Source: Macrostomum lignano (lineage: Eukaryota). Taken from it: a stretch of DNA of 64,000 nucleotides. Under the pieces are notes generated by a model. It was not told where the DNA came from. It was given only the letters and a program-made list of their open reading frames with translations, and made no database searches. The translations under genes were made by a program, and so were the position numbers. Where the stretch lies: assembly GCA_002269645.1 (NCBI GenBank), contig NIVC01001494.1:62001-126000 (forward strand). The letters run 5' to 3'. Positions 1 to 12,135 of this stretch are shown here, piece after piece (within the stretch, counting starts at the first letter, position 1; every line of letters begins with the position of its first letter).

Positions 1-2590
1 AAATTTTGAGTTGAAATCAGAAACAATTTCATTTTCTATTTTCATTTTTCATTTTTCCAAACTTCTTACTGCAAAAGATACAGAATGGGACTGGAAACGC
101 CACAGAATGTGGACTCGGGGGGGGGGGCTGCAGCGCAAGATTTTTCCCATCGCATTTAAGGCAATGAGCTGAAGTCAATGCAGGCACAGGAACACTCGAA
201 ATTTCCACACAGAGCTCAGTCAGCCAGTCTCGCTTGCACTGGCAGCCAAGTGATTGAAAACCATCTGGCCTATGCAATTGTTGACTGTGGCTGAGTTGCC
301 AGCAGAGGAGAAAGAGCGGGTGAAGAGACAGGGTGATTAAAGTACAATGCTGATCAACAATAATCCCGTCGCTACTCCTGACCAGACGCTGGAAGCTGGC
401 GGCCGAAGGCGACGACCTCGCACAGTGTGAGGTACTCGCCCTCGGTTCGCTGCGTCACCCTGAGGTTGCTGCCGACTTTATCGCAGGCGAAGTCTTTCAC
501 GCTGAATGTCTGGCCGGAGTTGTAGCTGGCGCACTGCTGGCCGTCCAGGGCGATGGTGAAGTTCGTCAGCCTGTTGGCGCAGCAGTCCTGCCGGTTGTAG
601 ATGCGCACCAGGCTAATGAAGGCCTTGGAGGCCGCGGCCGCCTGCCACCACTGTTTGGTGTTGGCCAAGTTGTCTGTGTGACCGCAGCTCCCGGCCGAGT
701 AGGTCTGTGCCGTGCCGCCGTCTGTGACGCGTTCGCAGATGCCGTTGTAGCTGGTGCTGGACTGGCTGCAGCCGCTCAGCTGCAGCTGCTCTGCAGAATG
801 TTTTTATGGAGGATATTTATATGAAGCCTAAATTCAGAGCCTCGAGGATACGGGATTGCAATATTAGTCCTCAGACTCAAAGTTATTTTCCAGGTAACTG
901 CATGGCCAAAAAAATTCTGTCATAATTTAGCATGTCAGCTTCCTTCAGACTAAGCTTTCTCACCTGACCGCCAGGCAAACAGCCGATCGCCGCTGCAGTC
1001 AGTCGCGGAGGCGGCCAATGCAGCCGCGCTGACTTCCTGCTCGCTGCCTAGCAGGGCGCAGCTGCCGTCGTCAACAAGGCGGATGCCGCGGCACAGGGGC
1101 TCCAGTGTGCATCTCCAGGCGCACGCGGAGAGCGCAGTTTGAATGTACACAATGTACACAAACACACACACACACACTCAGGCGTATTCACAGCAAGAGC
1201 TTCCTGCCGATGGCGCCATCGCCTGCGGCGATCGGTGCTGCAGGATGCGCTGCAGGATGCGCCTGAGTGTGTGTGTGTGTGTGTGTGTGTCTGTGTACAT
1301 TGTGTACATTTGGTCCTATATACCGGAAATTGCGTACATTTATGCGTACAATTATGTCTATGCGCTACATTGTGTGTAGTTCGTTGCCCTGCGTTTGTAA
1401 ATACAGTTTAGCCCGTGCACTGCATTGATGCCTACTTTTGTGTTAGGTACCAGCTTTTTATTAAATACACTGCACCAAAAGCAACTTTAATCGGTACATA
1501 CTGTGTTTTTGTAGAGGTGCCGGTATGCTTTTTAATACATACATGTATGTCTTTAGTGTAATTTGGTGTGCTTCTTCAACTTGGCTCGCGAATCTTGCAC
1601 TATGGCTCTCTAGTGGAAAGTACTCTTACTTGTGCTGGTTGCGGGTGATTGTAAGGCTTTCTGCTTGACTTCTTTAGTTTACTTGATGGTTAAATGAGGA
1701 GTGGGAGCTGACGCGCCTACCTCGGGGGAGGAATGCAGCCCTGCGGTCTGATGCAGCGCTTTCTGTTACCCCTCTCCGTCCGCACTGTACTTGGTCTCCG
1801 CTACAATCACCCCTTGGGGTTAAGAGTGGGCGGGTCCTTTGTACTCGACCCTGGGTTAAAAACTCACATTTGGAGGCTCTGGGGAGAGTTGCAGTGGAGT
1901 TCAACAAATTTCTGATAAGATCTCTTGCGGGGGCATGACACTCGTCTCGAAATAATAATAACCCGAACAAGTGCTGGATGCCCTTACTAGTTGGCGTTTG
2001 TTACCTCTACAATTGTGCACTATTTCTGTCAATATTTTCCCCTGCATTATGTCAATATGTGCTACAGCGTGTCATAATATGATACTTTACGCACTAATAT
2101 GTATCATAATTTTCCTGCATTATGCCTGCTTCTACCTCTACGATGTGTGTATTTTAGCCTATGCATCTACATAATTCGAATCTATAGTGTGTGCATATGC
2201 ACCTGCATTATACTTGTATCTACTGTGCGTATGTGTATTTCAACCTATGTTTTACAATATACTAGCATCTACAAGCGCCTACTACACTAATGAGTAGGTT
2301 CTGTGTATTATACCTACTATTTTGTCTATTTCACCTACTTTTCTGCCAAAATATCGATAAAATGCACCTACATTGTGTGTTTTTTGCTGCCCATATGCTT
2401 AATTCTATATGTCCGTACACCTATATGTTTCGTAATATGTATTATGCACCGATATTTACACCTACTGATGTGATTAATATGTGTTTTGCTTACTTTTTAT
2501 GTAAATATACGCAATTTCACCTACTATAAGTAGTTTTCACTAGCCTAATTTTGTGTTAATAGGTATTGTTGACTACAAATCGATGTACAC

Positions 2591-2755
2591 ACATATCGGG
2601 AGAGTGGTAGAGTGTACATATCGGTAGAGTGTACACTCGGGGCGCCTGCGGCTCGGTAGAGTGTACACTCGGGGTGCCTGCGGCTCGGTAGAGTGTACAC
2701 TCGGGGTGCCTGCGGCATGGGCGTCTGCTGCATGGGCGCCTGCGGCTCGGGAGGG
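2591..2755. repeat. 165-bp direct repeat, copy A
   Basis: Matches 5215-5379 with 2 mismatches; built from units containing the palindrome GAGTGTACACTC and GCCTGCGGC. Confidence 0.9.
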
Positions 2756-5214
2756 CATACATATCGGGAGGGTTGCCTGCATCATACATATCGGGGCGCA
2801 TGGACGGGGCTCGAGTGGTGTACTCTTTGTGTGAATGTATTCTTGTTGTGTAACTCTTGACCGTCCCTTCCCTCCAGGAGCACTGCAAGTAGACTAGTAT
2901 GGCTTGGTATTCGGAGTTGGCGTGTGTACGTAATATACTCTTTGTAATATTTACCTGACCTGGGTTTGCAAGTTCTAATAACATATAAATGACTACTGCT
3001 GACTAGTTGACGCATCTGGATGGTGTGATAAAAACTAGTAACGTACCGTGATTTCGAGAGAAATCCTAGCACAATACTGTTCTGTCCGGCATGTGGAAAA
3101 GTATTTGCCCCGCCTTCGCTTACTCATACTGCACACAGACAAAGCTTATCTCTATTAGCAATCTGTTCGTGGTGGTTTAGAAGGATACTGTCTTCCTGTA
3201 TATAGCTCTCTATCCCTTCATCACTCGTATTAACTTCATAAATGCTCGCTTGACCAATGGCTGGTACTGAACTAATAATTCATACGATACATAATGGTTA
3301 ATACTTTCTAACTCCGTACAGCTCACAAGTTTCTACTCTCTACCTTATCAGTAACATTAAAATAAAAAGGTAAAATTTGCTGGTTTTGTGCCTCGTTTGC
3401 TTACTTTTCTATTAAAATACTTGCGGTTTATAATTGAAAATGTCTGCTTTTTATTCAATTTTATGTGGTTTGAAGGTTTATTTTTGCTAAAATGCCTGGT
3501 TTCTTATAAAAATTTCTACTCTCGACAATGATTGTGTCAGCTATTTCATTAAAATAACCTACTTTTTGAATAAAACGTTGTATTTAAGCCCCTAGTTTTT
3601 TCAAAACATAATGGAAACCCTCACAACGCCCTTGGAACCTCCTCAAGCAGCTTACATAGAGCATGCAGACCCCGAAACCCCCTCTAGTGTGCCCTGATTT
3701 CAGCGGTCTGACGGTTAAGATCTGTATTTTTACACTATATTTTCCTTCATACAGCAATACAGGAGGGCTTGGAAGAGTGAGTCTGGCGGGAGAGGGGGCT
3801 TGTGGGGTGATGAGGATGCGTACACACAGTTTAGCCTGTTTTAGCCTACCTTTTGGGCTAATATACTTACTATTATTACTACCATTATACCTACTATGTA
3901 CATACTATTATACTACCCGCTATTAAATATGCTGCACTAAAACCAACTTTTGAAAATACATAGCGTGTTTTGGTCGATTCTCCCTCACGTCTCTGTCCCT
4001 ACACGTGCTCTGCCCGCTTTGGTCTCTGTTTGTGTACCTCTCTGTAACGTCTCTGTACGCTCAGACTGGTTTCTCCGTCCCCGCACGCGCCTCTACTAAA
4101 GTTTGCTGTTACCTACCCCTACACACTGCTCTCTGTCTCCCTCCGCGCACACCTCACTGCCCTTGCATGTAACTTGCATGCCTTGCATGCCCTGTCCTGC
4201 CCTCGCGTGGGTCCCTGCCTATACATAGCTACCGGACCCTACCTCTCTCTGTGCCTTGCTCGCAACTCTGTCCCAGGCCCCCCTTCATACTTCTCTGTCC
4301 CGGGCTGCAACTGGCTGACACGCGCCTCTCTGTTCCCCAGCCTGCGTGGCTGCCTACCCCTGCACACTGCTCTCTGTCCCCCTCCGCGCCTCTCTATCAT
4401 CCTATTCCTGCAGCTGACCGTGCCGTTCAGCTCTGTCCACGCACGGCTCCACCCCTGCCCGTGTCTCACTGTACCGCCCTGTGTGGCTCCCTTACCCAGC
4501 GCGTTTGCTTCCTATCTCCCTCCTGCTCCATATGTTTCTGTTCCCTCACACTACGCACGCGTGGCTGGCTCTCTGTCCATACACATCTCTGCTCCTCCAC
4601 TCTATCCTCGCGTGGCCCTTTGACGGTTCGCATGCCCCTGCATACCCTGCCTGCCTCTCTGTCCCCTGCAACTGGGGAGGGAGCTCTCTATCCTCTGTAT
4701 GGCTTTCTCTGTGGGGTGTGTGTGACTCACACTGCCTCTCTGTCCTAGCATGCGCCTCTCTGTCCACGCCGCGTGCTGCGACATGCCGGGGCTGCGCAGG
4801 GTGCCTCCACGCACTCTCTGTCCCAGCACCCCGTGTCTCTCTGTACCCCGCCTCATACTGCTACAGGGGGCCGCCTGTTATCTGTCCCCTGCTACAGGGG
4901 ATGGCGGCTCTCCACGCACTACCCCTCCTGCTACAGGGGCTGCTCTCTGTCCCCAGCTACAGGGCTGCTCTCTGTCCCCCGCATGGGGGTTGGTTGCTCA
5001 GTGTACAGGGCTGCGTCAGCATCGGGGTTAAAACTTCTCGCTCCCTATACCCCCAAACCGTGTAGTGGCCTAGTATGGGCGCGACCTGGGTTCGAGTTCG
5101 CTAGTTGAGATGTGGGTGAGAGAGGGGAAGAGGCTAGGTGGGGGCAGGGCGTGAGGTATAGGGTGCCTGCGGGGTACGTATCGTTGACTACATATCGGGA
5201 GAGTGGTAGAGTGT

Positions 5215-5379
5215 ACATATCGGGAGAGTGGTAGAGTGTACATATCGGTAGAGTGTACACTCGGGGTGCCTGCGGCTCGGTAGAGTGTACACTCGGGGTG
5301 CCTGCGGCTCGGTAGAGTGTACACTCGGGGTGCCTGCGGCATGGGCGCCTGCTGCATGGGCGCCTGCGGCTCGGGAGGG
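5215..5379. repeat. 165-bp direct repeat, copy B
   Basis: Matches 2591-2755; one extra 25-bp unit precedes it from 5190. Confidence 0.9.
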
Positions 5380-7020
5380 TGCGCTTGGGATCTGATTGAT
5401 TTGGGATCTGATTGATTTGGGATCTGATTGATTTATTGGGATCTAATATCGGTAGGTGCGCCTGCGGCATGGGCGCCTGATTGGCTCCACGCGCCTGCGG
5501 CATTGGCGCCTGGATGGCGCGCCTGGATGGCGCTTGGCGCCACGCGCCTGCGGCGCGCGCGCGCCGAGCGCCAGCCAATGAGAGGCGGGGTGGGTTGACA
5601 CCCACCCCACCTCCAAAACGCCCGGATCTACCGGCCCTTAGTAGTGGCGGTGGCCGGGTTTCTCGGCTCGAAAATCAGTCGCGAGCTGCACGGCTGCAGA
5701 GCCTCAGCGCCGCGGACTGCAAGCAGCAGACAGCTGCAGCAGAATACAGCGATCAGCGGCATCGACACCGTCATTGTTGAAGTCGGTTTGGCAGCCTAAA
5801 ATTACGAGTTGTATAGGGATGAGTCGTTCAGGTTGCGTCGGTTCGGGTCTACTAGGTGCAGATGATGCGAATTCCGTGAAATTTCATGCAAACATTATTG
5901 GAAATTGCTTCATTTTGGTACTCTTATGCTCAAGTCCAGAAGGTGAAGTATTTGGAAATTTGAGCTAAAGAAACTGAAAATGCTTCCTATATTGCCAATG
6001 CATTTTGCTGCGAAGTTTGTACGCTTTGCGAGTTCTGTTTTAGCTGTCCCTGCTAGAAAACTGCGGGCTTACCAGCATGCAGACTCGACTAGACCAGCAC
6101 TCGCTGAGCAGATGCCGAATATACAAAAATAGGCTGCTGTAATTAAAAGAAACTGCAGCTGCGGGGCGCAACTGCCAATTATTTGGCATTCACTGAAGCA
6201 CTGTGGGTGATTATATACTATCGTCTCTGCTACCTGTCTATTTCTGCAGGTGCCCACTTTTTTGTCGCTATTCCCGGACCCAATCAATAACAATCGGAGT
6301 GCGTGGATTTGGCAGGTCAGTTGGCAGGGAAAATTAGCAAAATTACCGACATCGCACGGCATAGGAGACCCGCCAGCCTCGGTTTTTGCCTGCCCCACTT
6401 GAGTGCTGCTGCTGCCTCCCACTAGTCCGCAGAGGCTCTCAAGACAATGCAGCCATTAGAGAAAATACACCGAGCCAAACATGACCGACAGAATCAATTA
6501 AGTGGCTATTGCTGCTGTTTGCGTCAATCAATTCTTTGTAAACAAACATTTCCAACTGTCTGGCTAACTTTTTATTAGAGGCAGAGGGGCTGTGTGCACC
6601 CTGGCGCACTTTTAGCGAAATTGTCATTCCGCTGACTCCCCTGAGCAGGCACACAAGCGCTCGGATGCGTGCGCACTGCGCAGTCATGCACACACAGGCA
6701 CACACTACTCACACAGGAGTGCACAGCGGCCCTCACTTAATTCACCGTTAGGCATGTAACCTTGTGCCAAGGGCGTTAATCACACTAACAGACCCAAGCC
6801 TGGGCCGCTGGCACACAAGAGCGCCGTGCTAGACAACTGGGCTACGGCCCCTGCTGTCGGCCTAAATTTCTAGAAAAGAGCTTGTAAAAACTTCACGCCT
6901 CAACCAGAGAGAGTGAGTGAGAGAGAGAGAGAGAGAGCGAGAGGCTGTCAAGGTCAAAGCCTTGTGGCAGTAGCCAGAGGTGAACTGGCTTGATGCAATG
7001 CGCAACCATATTAACTTCAG

Positions 7021-7215
7021 TAGAGTATTGCAGATTATTGCAGGTATTGCAGGGTATTTCAGAGTATTGCAGAGTATTACAGGGTATTGCAGAGTATTAC
7101 AGAGTATTAAAGGTTATTGCAGAGCATTACAGAGTATTGCAGAGTATTACAGAGTATTGCAGAGTATTGCAGAGTATTAAAGGGTATTGCAGGGTATTTC
7201 AGAATATTGTAGAGT
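7021..7215. repeat. 10-bp tandem repeat (CAGAGTATTG)
   Basis: Direct reading; about 19 variant units. Confidence 0.9.
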
Positions 7216-7311
7216 ATTCAAGTTTCTTTTTCAGCTTTTGTTTTCTTTCACTATTTCAGCAGCAACCGCATTCGACTCCGCTAAGAAACGCTTGGCCGGT
7301 CGCTTCTTCCT

Positions 7312-9714
7312 TCACAGCAGCCGTCCGAAGGCGATGACCTCGCACAGGGTGAGGAACTCATTACTGAAGCGCTGCGTGACCTTGAGAGTCGTGCCAACCT
7401 GCTCGCAAGGAAAGTCCTTGATGCTGAATGCCTGGGTGGAGTTGTAGCTGGCGCACTGCAGGCCGTCCACGGAGATCGCGAAGTTATTCAGTCTGGACTC
7501 CACATCGTCCTGCCGGTTGTAGATGCGCACCAGACTGACGAAGGCCCTGGAGGCCATGGAGGCCTGCCACCACTCGTTGCCCACTGTTGCCTGGGTATGG
7601 GTGCAGACGGCCCCGGCGTTGTGGTTTTGGTCCAGGCTTCCGTCAATGGCGTTGTTGCAGTTGCCTTCAAGTGTGCTTGACTCGCTACATCCTGACAGCT
7701 GCAGCTGCTCTGGAATGTTTTTGTTCGATTGAGCGAGTATTAACTACCTGAAGACTTCAATTTAGAACAGTCCTGCTCCTGCATAGAAATGTCAGGCGAT
7801 AATTTAGGGTTTAAGCTTTGAAAGCTCTAACATATGGACCCCACACTGGATTTTCTTAGAAATGAGCCGAAGAGCCGGTAAGGAACGAATGTTTGTCGCA
7901 ACGCCAGTGCCTTCAGCATGCTCTCGAGCAACACGGATTTTTCTCGACCGGATTTGTCTATGGCAAAAACCAATTCAGCGCTATGCGTTCTCTGCAGCGC
8001 TACGCCGTTTTGTCGCCTATTTTGACCAAATTCGCATCGAAAAACTCGCGACACTTCTTTCTATTCAGTCACCATGAGCTGGCCGGCCCCGGGGATCGAA
8101 TTCGAACTCTTTAATTATATTTACAGATTGTGACATCCTCCGTTGAACAAATCGACTCGCAGAACTTCAAGCGCCCTGTGGTGTTTCGTCTGGCAGTTCC
8201 CTTGCCAGCTTGCTGTTAACCATTAAGCTTTTTACTGATATACAATTTCCGTGTCTTGAGACTTATACTTAGACTTACAATGATTCTGCCTCTGTCAGCA
8301 TTGCTAATCTTGTTGCTTGTTATTCAACATTGCTAAGGTGTGGTGTGTTCTTATTGATTCTCTGGAGTCGTGGGGAATGAGGGGGTTCTTACTGATTTTT
8401 GTTTGTTTGATGTGACTTTGGATAAATAATCAGCGGTCATAAAAATGCAAACAATTGCCAGACAATGGTCAAAATAAACCGGTAGAACGGTGCAGCAATG
8501 CGACAAATATAAATTCCTTTCTGGCCTCTACGAGTTCGCATCTCGTTTCTAAGAAAATCGAGTCTAGCATCCTTCTGCTTCAGCTATCCGTGCTTTAACA
8601 CTTAAAGAAGAAGAGTCCGTGGAGCCCTGTTTGAGTGTGTGGGCTGTGTGTTAGTTTATTTGTTTACTTTGAGCTCAGAGGATCAGTCTATCCACATACG
8701 GTTGTTCTGTACAAAAACCTAATGACCTAATAATCTCATAACATACCTAATTTATCTTCGTAAAATTCATTGAATCGAATGAAGCTTCCCCGCACTGCAA
8801 CTTGCCAATCTTCCATTTCATTTCAAACACCCGGTCGCCCGTGCAGTCGGTCGCGCTGGCGGCACTCGCACTCGCGTTGACCTCCAGCTCGCTGCTCAGC
8901 AGGGCGCAGACGCCGCCGCTTCCGCCGTTATCAGCGAGGCGAATTCCGCGGCAGCGAGCCTCCACAGCGCATCTCATGGAACAGCGGGACAGTGCGTCCC
9001 AAAACCTGCCGTCGGAGCAGGAGGCGGCCGGATTTCTGGGCAGAAAGGTCGATACTGAGCTGCGGTGCTGCGCCGCATCAGCCTCAAAAACTGGCAGAAG
9101 CAGCAGCAGCGGCAGCAGCAGGCAGTAGCTGACCGCGGCCAGCGCCTTCACCAGCTCGGCTCGCGTTTGGGCAACCTGAAATGTCAGCAATATGTGGAGT
9201 TGCTATGGGTAAGCTGAGACCCTCAGTCACAGTGTGCATTGGTGAGCTGAGGCACTCAGTCACAGTGTGCATGGGTGAGCTGAGACCCTCAGTCACAGTG
9301 TGCATTGGTGAGCTATGACCCTCAGTCACAGTGTGCATGAAGGAGCTGAGACCCTCAGTCACAGTGTGCATGGGTGAGCTGAGGCACTCAGTCACAGTGT
9401 GCATGGGTGAGCTGAGGCACTCAGTCACAGTGTGCATGGGTGAGCTGAGACCGTCAGTCACAGTGTGCATGGGTGAGCTGAGACCCTCAGTCACAGTGTG
9501 CATGGGTGAGCTGAGACCCTCAGTCACAGTGTGCATGGGTGAGCTGAGGCTCTCAGTCACAGTGTGCATGGGTGAGCTGAGACCCTCAGTCACAGTGTTT
9601 CAATCGATAAGCATAATTAGTCCAACCAAGAAAATTGTAGCATCAGACCCGAATCGAAAATCTCCGACTCACCTGCGTTTTCCGACCAGAAACAGAGAGG
9701 TTTGCACCTGCCAT
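7312..9714 (-). CDS. PAN/Apple-like + F-type lectin, copy 2 (about 269 aa)
   Basis: Exons 9714-9673 (MAGANLSVSGRKTQ, donor GTGAGT), 9175-8806 (hydrophobic leader, CSMRCAVEARCRG...CALL, GC donor G|GCAAGT) and 7709-7312 (NAIDG, HTQ...RQDDVESR, LTLCEV). Frame is continuous across all three. Confidence 0.85.
9205..9597. repeat. 33-bp minisatellite in lectin intron 1
   Basis: Unit GGTGAGCTGAGACCCTCAGTCACAGTGTGCATG, about 12 copies; same family at 16476-16737, 20660-20769 and 23531-23640. Confidence 0.95.
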
Positions 9715-10384
9715 GTTGGAAAGCCTTGTCTTGCTGCGCTGCCTTTCTGCTTTGCAAAATGCTTTAAATTTGTCTCGCTTTTTTACAGAGTTCGGAAGGT
9801 TTCTTTGCTAAATATGTTTTCTGCTCATCTTCATTCAAGTGTCTTCTCAGCCTCCTCCTTAACACACCATTGTTTAAGTCTGCTGCATGGTTGCTTAGGC
9901 GCACAGAGCATGCCAACTAACCAGCAGCTCCCATTCAGAGCCCCGGCCTGACTGCGGAGCCGTAGCGCCGTGAGTCAGTCAACAGAAAGGCAACAATTCA
10001 AAGAGCTTCTCCCTGTCAACTCTGCCTGCTGTGCTGCCACAGTCGAGAGTGGCGCCAACAGCCCAAGAAGCGAAGCGAGCGGTTTCACATTGTCTGTGAT
10101 CGTTGCCCCGGCAACGGGAGGAAGAATTGAGGAGGGGACGAAAATGCTCTCCAGCACACCTGCATGAATGCAGAGCAGCTGGGAAGCTGGCCGGTGTTTC
10201 GCTCTGATCCTCATTGCGAGGCCCAAGAGGAGGAGAATTGACGTGTTTGGCATCCCAGTCACTTTTTGCTGTTCCCAGCCACAGAATCTGCAGGAAGGGA
10301 ACGAAAGATCTCCTATGACTGCCTGTGTGTGGGTTTAGCATTCAAATGCTGCATGAACTTTAAGATTCGTGATTTTAATGTTAG

Positions 10385-10560
10385 ATTCTCTGATGATTCT
10401 CTGATGATTTTCTGATGACTCTCTGATGATTCTTTGATGATTCTTTTATGATTCTCTGATGATTCTTTGATGATTCTTTTATGATTCTCTGATGATTCTC
10501 TGATGATGTTCTGATGACTCTCTGATGATTCTTTGATGATTCTCTGATGATTCTCTGATA
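10385..10560. repeat. 11-bp repeat (CTGATGATTCT)
   Basis: Direct reading; paralogous longer array at 17360-17835. Confidence 0.9.
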
Positions 10561-10894
10561 ATCGTGAAAAAATTTTATCGTGAATAAATCGTGAAATAAT
10601 TAAAATAATTAAAATTATTATCGTGAAATAATTTTATCGTGACTAAAATGTGTACATTTATCATTTTATAAGCTTTCCACTCGGGAAATGTTTGCATGGT
10701 CAGCCTGGCATTCCAGCTGCATGAGAGCACTGCTGAGGACCGAAAGTTGCAAGTCAAATAAAATGAAAAGCCGACAAAATTTTACAGAAACTGCGAGAGG
10801 ACTTTTAAGACTTATTTGATATAAATATGCTTTTGTTTATTTCAGACAGCAGGTAATTCGCTGTTGTATCGTTCAGAAAGAGATTGAAAACTTT

Positions 10895-11290
10895 CACTTT
10901 GAGGGCCGGCTGAGGACAGGCTGAGGGCAGGCTGAGGGCCGGCTGAGGACAGGCTGAGGGCAGGCTGAGGGCAGGCTGAGGCGGGCTGAGGGCAGGCTGA
11001 GGACAGGCTGAGGGCAGGCTGAGGGCAGGCTGATGACAGGCTGAGGCGGGCTGAGGGCAGGCTGAGGGCCGGCTGAGGACAGGCTGAGGGCAGGCTGAGG
11101 GCAGGCTGAGGCGGGCTGAGGGCAGGCTGAGGGCAGGCTGAGGACAGGCTGAGGCGGGCTGAGGGCAGGCTGAGGGCCGGCTGAGGACAGGCTGAGGGCA
11201 GGCTGAGAGCAGGCTGAGGACAGGCTGAGGACAGGCTGAGGCAGGCTGAGGACAGGCTGAGGGCAGGCTGAGGGCAGGCTGAGGGCAGGC
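10895..11290. repeat. 11-bp G-rich repeat (AGGCTGAGGGC)
   Basis: Direct reading; paralogous array at 18410-19057. Confidence 0.95.
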
Positions 11291-11584
11291 TTATCATTGC
11301 ACTGTGGGAAACTGGGCTGGTTGATGGAGAAACAAAAAAGTTGCAGGTGCTGCACAGCTGGCTTGCTTTTCATATTTGATGTAAGTTCGCAAACCTGTCA
11401 ATCATTTGTGGGGCTGATGCTGTCAAATCTATCGGATAAGAGTTACGTCTGAAACAATGATAAAATCTGTTTTGTGTGTAAATTAAGGGACAGGCAGTAA
11501 TTCTAGGCAACATTATGTAGTGAAGAAAAATCGAGAGAAAAGCTCCAGATTGTATAGGTGTATGTTTAACATATAATAGGTGTA

Positions 11585-12045
11585 CTGGCTACAGTTGATC
11601 ATGTTTAGCATAGGTGTGCTCATGGCTACAGTTGATCATGTTTAGCATAGGTGTGCTCATGGCTACAGTTGATCATGTTTAGCATAGGTGTGCTCATTGC
11701 TACAGTTGATCATGTTTAGCATAGGTGTGCTCATGGCTACAGTTGATCATGTTTAGCATAGGTGTGCTCATGGCTACAGTTGATCATGTTTAGCATAGGT
11801 GTGCTCAAGGCTTCAGTTGATCATGTTTAGCATAGGTGTGCTCATGGCTACAGTTGATCATGTTTAGCATAGGTGTGCTCGTGGCTTCAGTTGATCATGT
11901 TTAGCATAGGTGTGCTCATGGCTACAGTTGATCATGTTTAGCATAGGTGTGCTCATGGCTACAGTTGATCATGTTTAGCATAGGTGTGCTCATGGCTACA
12001 GTTGATCATGTTTAGCATAGGTGTGCTCATGGCTACAGTTGATCA
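11585..12045. repeat. 37-bp minisatellite
   Basis: Unit GTTGATCATGTTTAGCATAGGTGTGCTCATGGCTACA, about 12 copies; paralogue at 19350-19515. Confidence 0.95.
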
Positions 12046-12135
12046 GCTTCAAAGTAACCGTCTGCTTTCACTTCACAAATCAGCATCAGCCATCGACTTT
12101 GCTGAGAAACACTTGGCCGGTCACTTCTTCTTTCT

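Larger units (their letters stand above)
1144..5629. mobile_element. Unclassified 4,486-bp insertion without TSD, hairpin at both ends
   Basis: Boundaries are defined by exact restoration of the lectin frame (CGG T|TT CAA). Foldback at 1142-1310, 9-bp-stem hairpin at 5587-5608, internal 165-bp direct repeat, no intact ORF. Confidence 0.75.
372..5774 (-). pseudogene. PAN/Apple-like + F-type lectin, copy 1, exon interrupted by a 4.5-kb insertion
   Basis: Pieces: 5774-5630 (MTVSMPLIAVFCCSCLLLAVRGAEALQPCSSRLIFEPRNPATATTKGR), 1143-964 (FQTALSACAWRCTLEPLCRGIRL...AWRS, donor G|GTGAG) and 790-372 (F-lectin, HTD...RQDCCANR). Removing 1144-5629 gives an intact 247-aa ORF colinear with copies 2-4. The acceptor at 5795 (TTTTAG|GCTGCCAAAC) resembles TTTCAG|GTTGCCCAAAC of the paralogues. 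Confidence 0.8.

Noticed and set aside
1185-1259. QHRSPQAMAPSAGSSCCEYA looked like the missing 5' part of the lectin exon
   Set aside because: The true homologous segment with signal peptide lies at 5630-5774; this stretch is the loop of the foldback.
1144-5629. Insertion might be spliced out as an intron
   Set aside because: The only nearby GT (CG|GTAGAT) and AG (CCTGAG|, 1177) are weak and give incompatible phases.
6069-6422. 117-aa minus ORF upstream of lectin copy 1
   Set aside because: No recognisable domain, no exon-like codon bias, and no supporting splice signals.
7846-8562. 21-bp inverted repeat pair suggesting a MITE in lectin copy 2 intron 2
   Set aside because: The match does not extend to definable termini, and no TSD was found.
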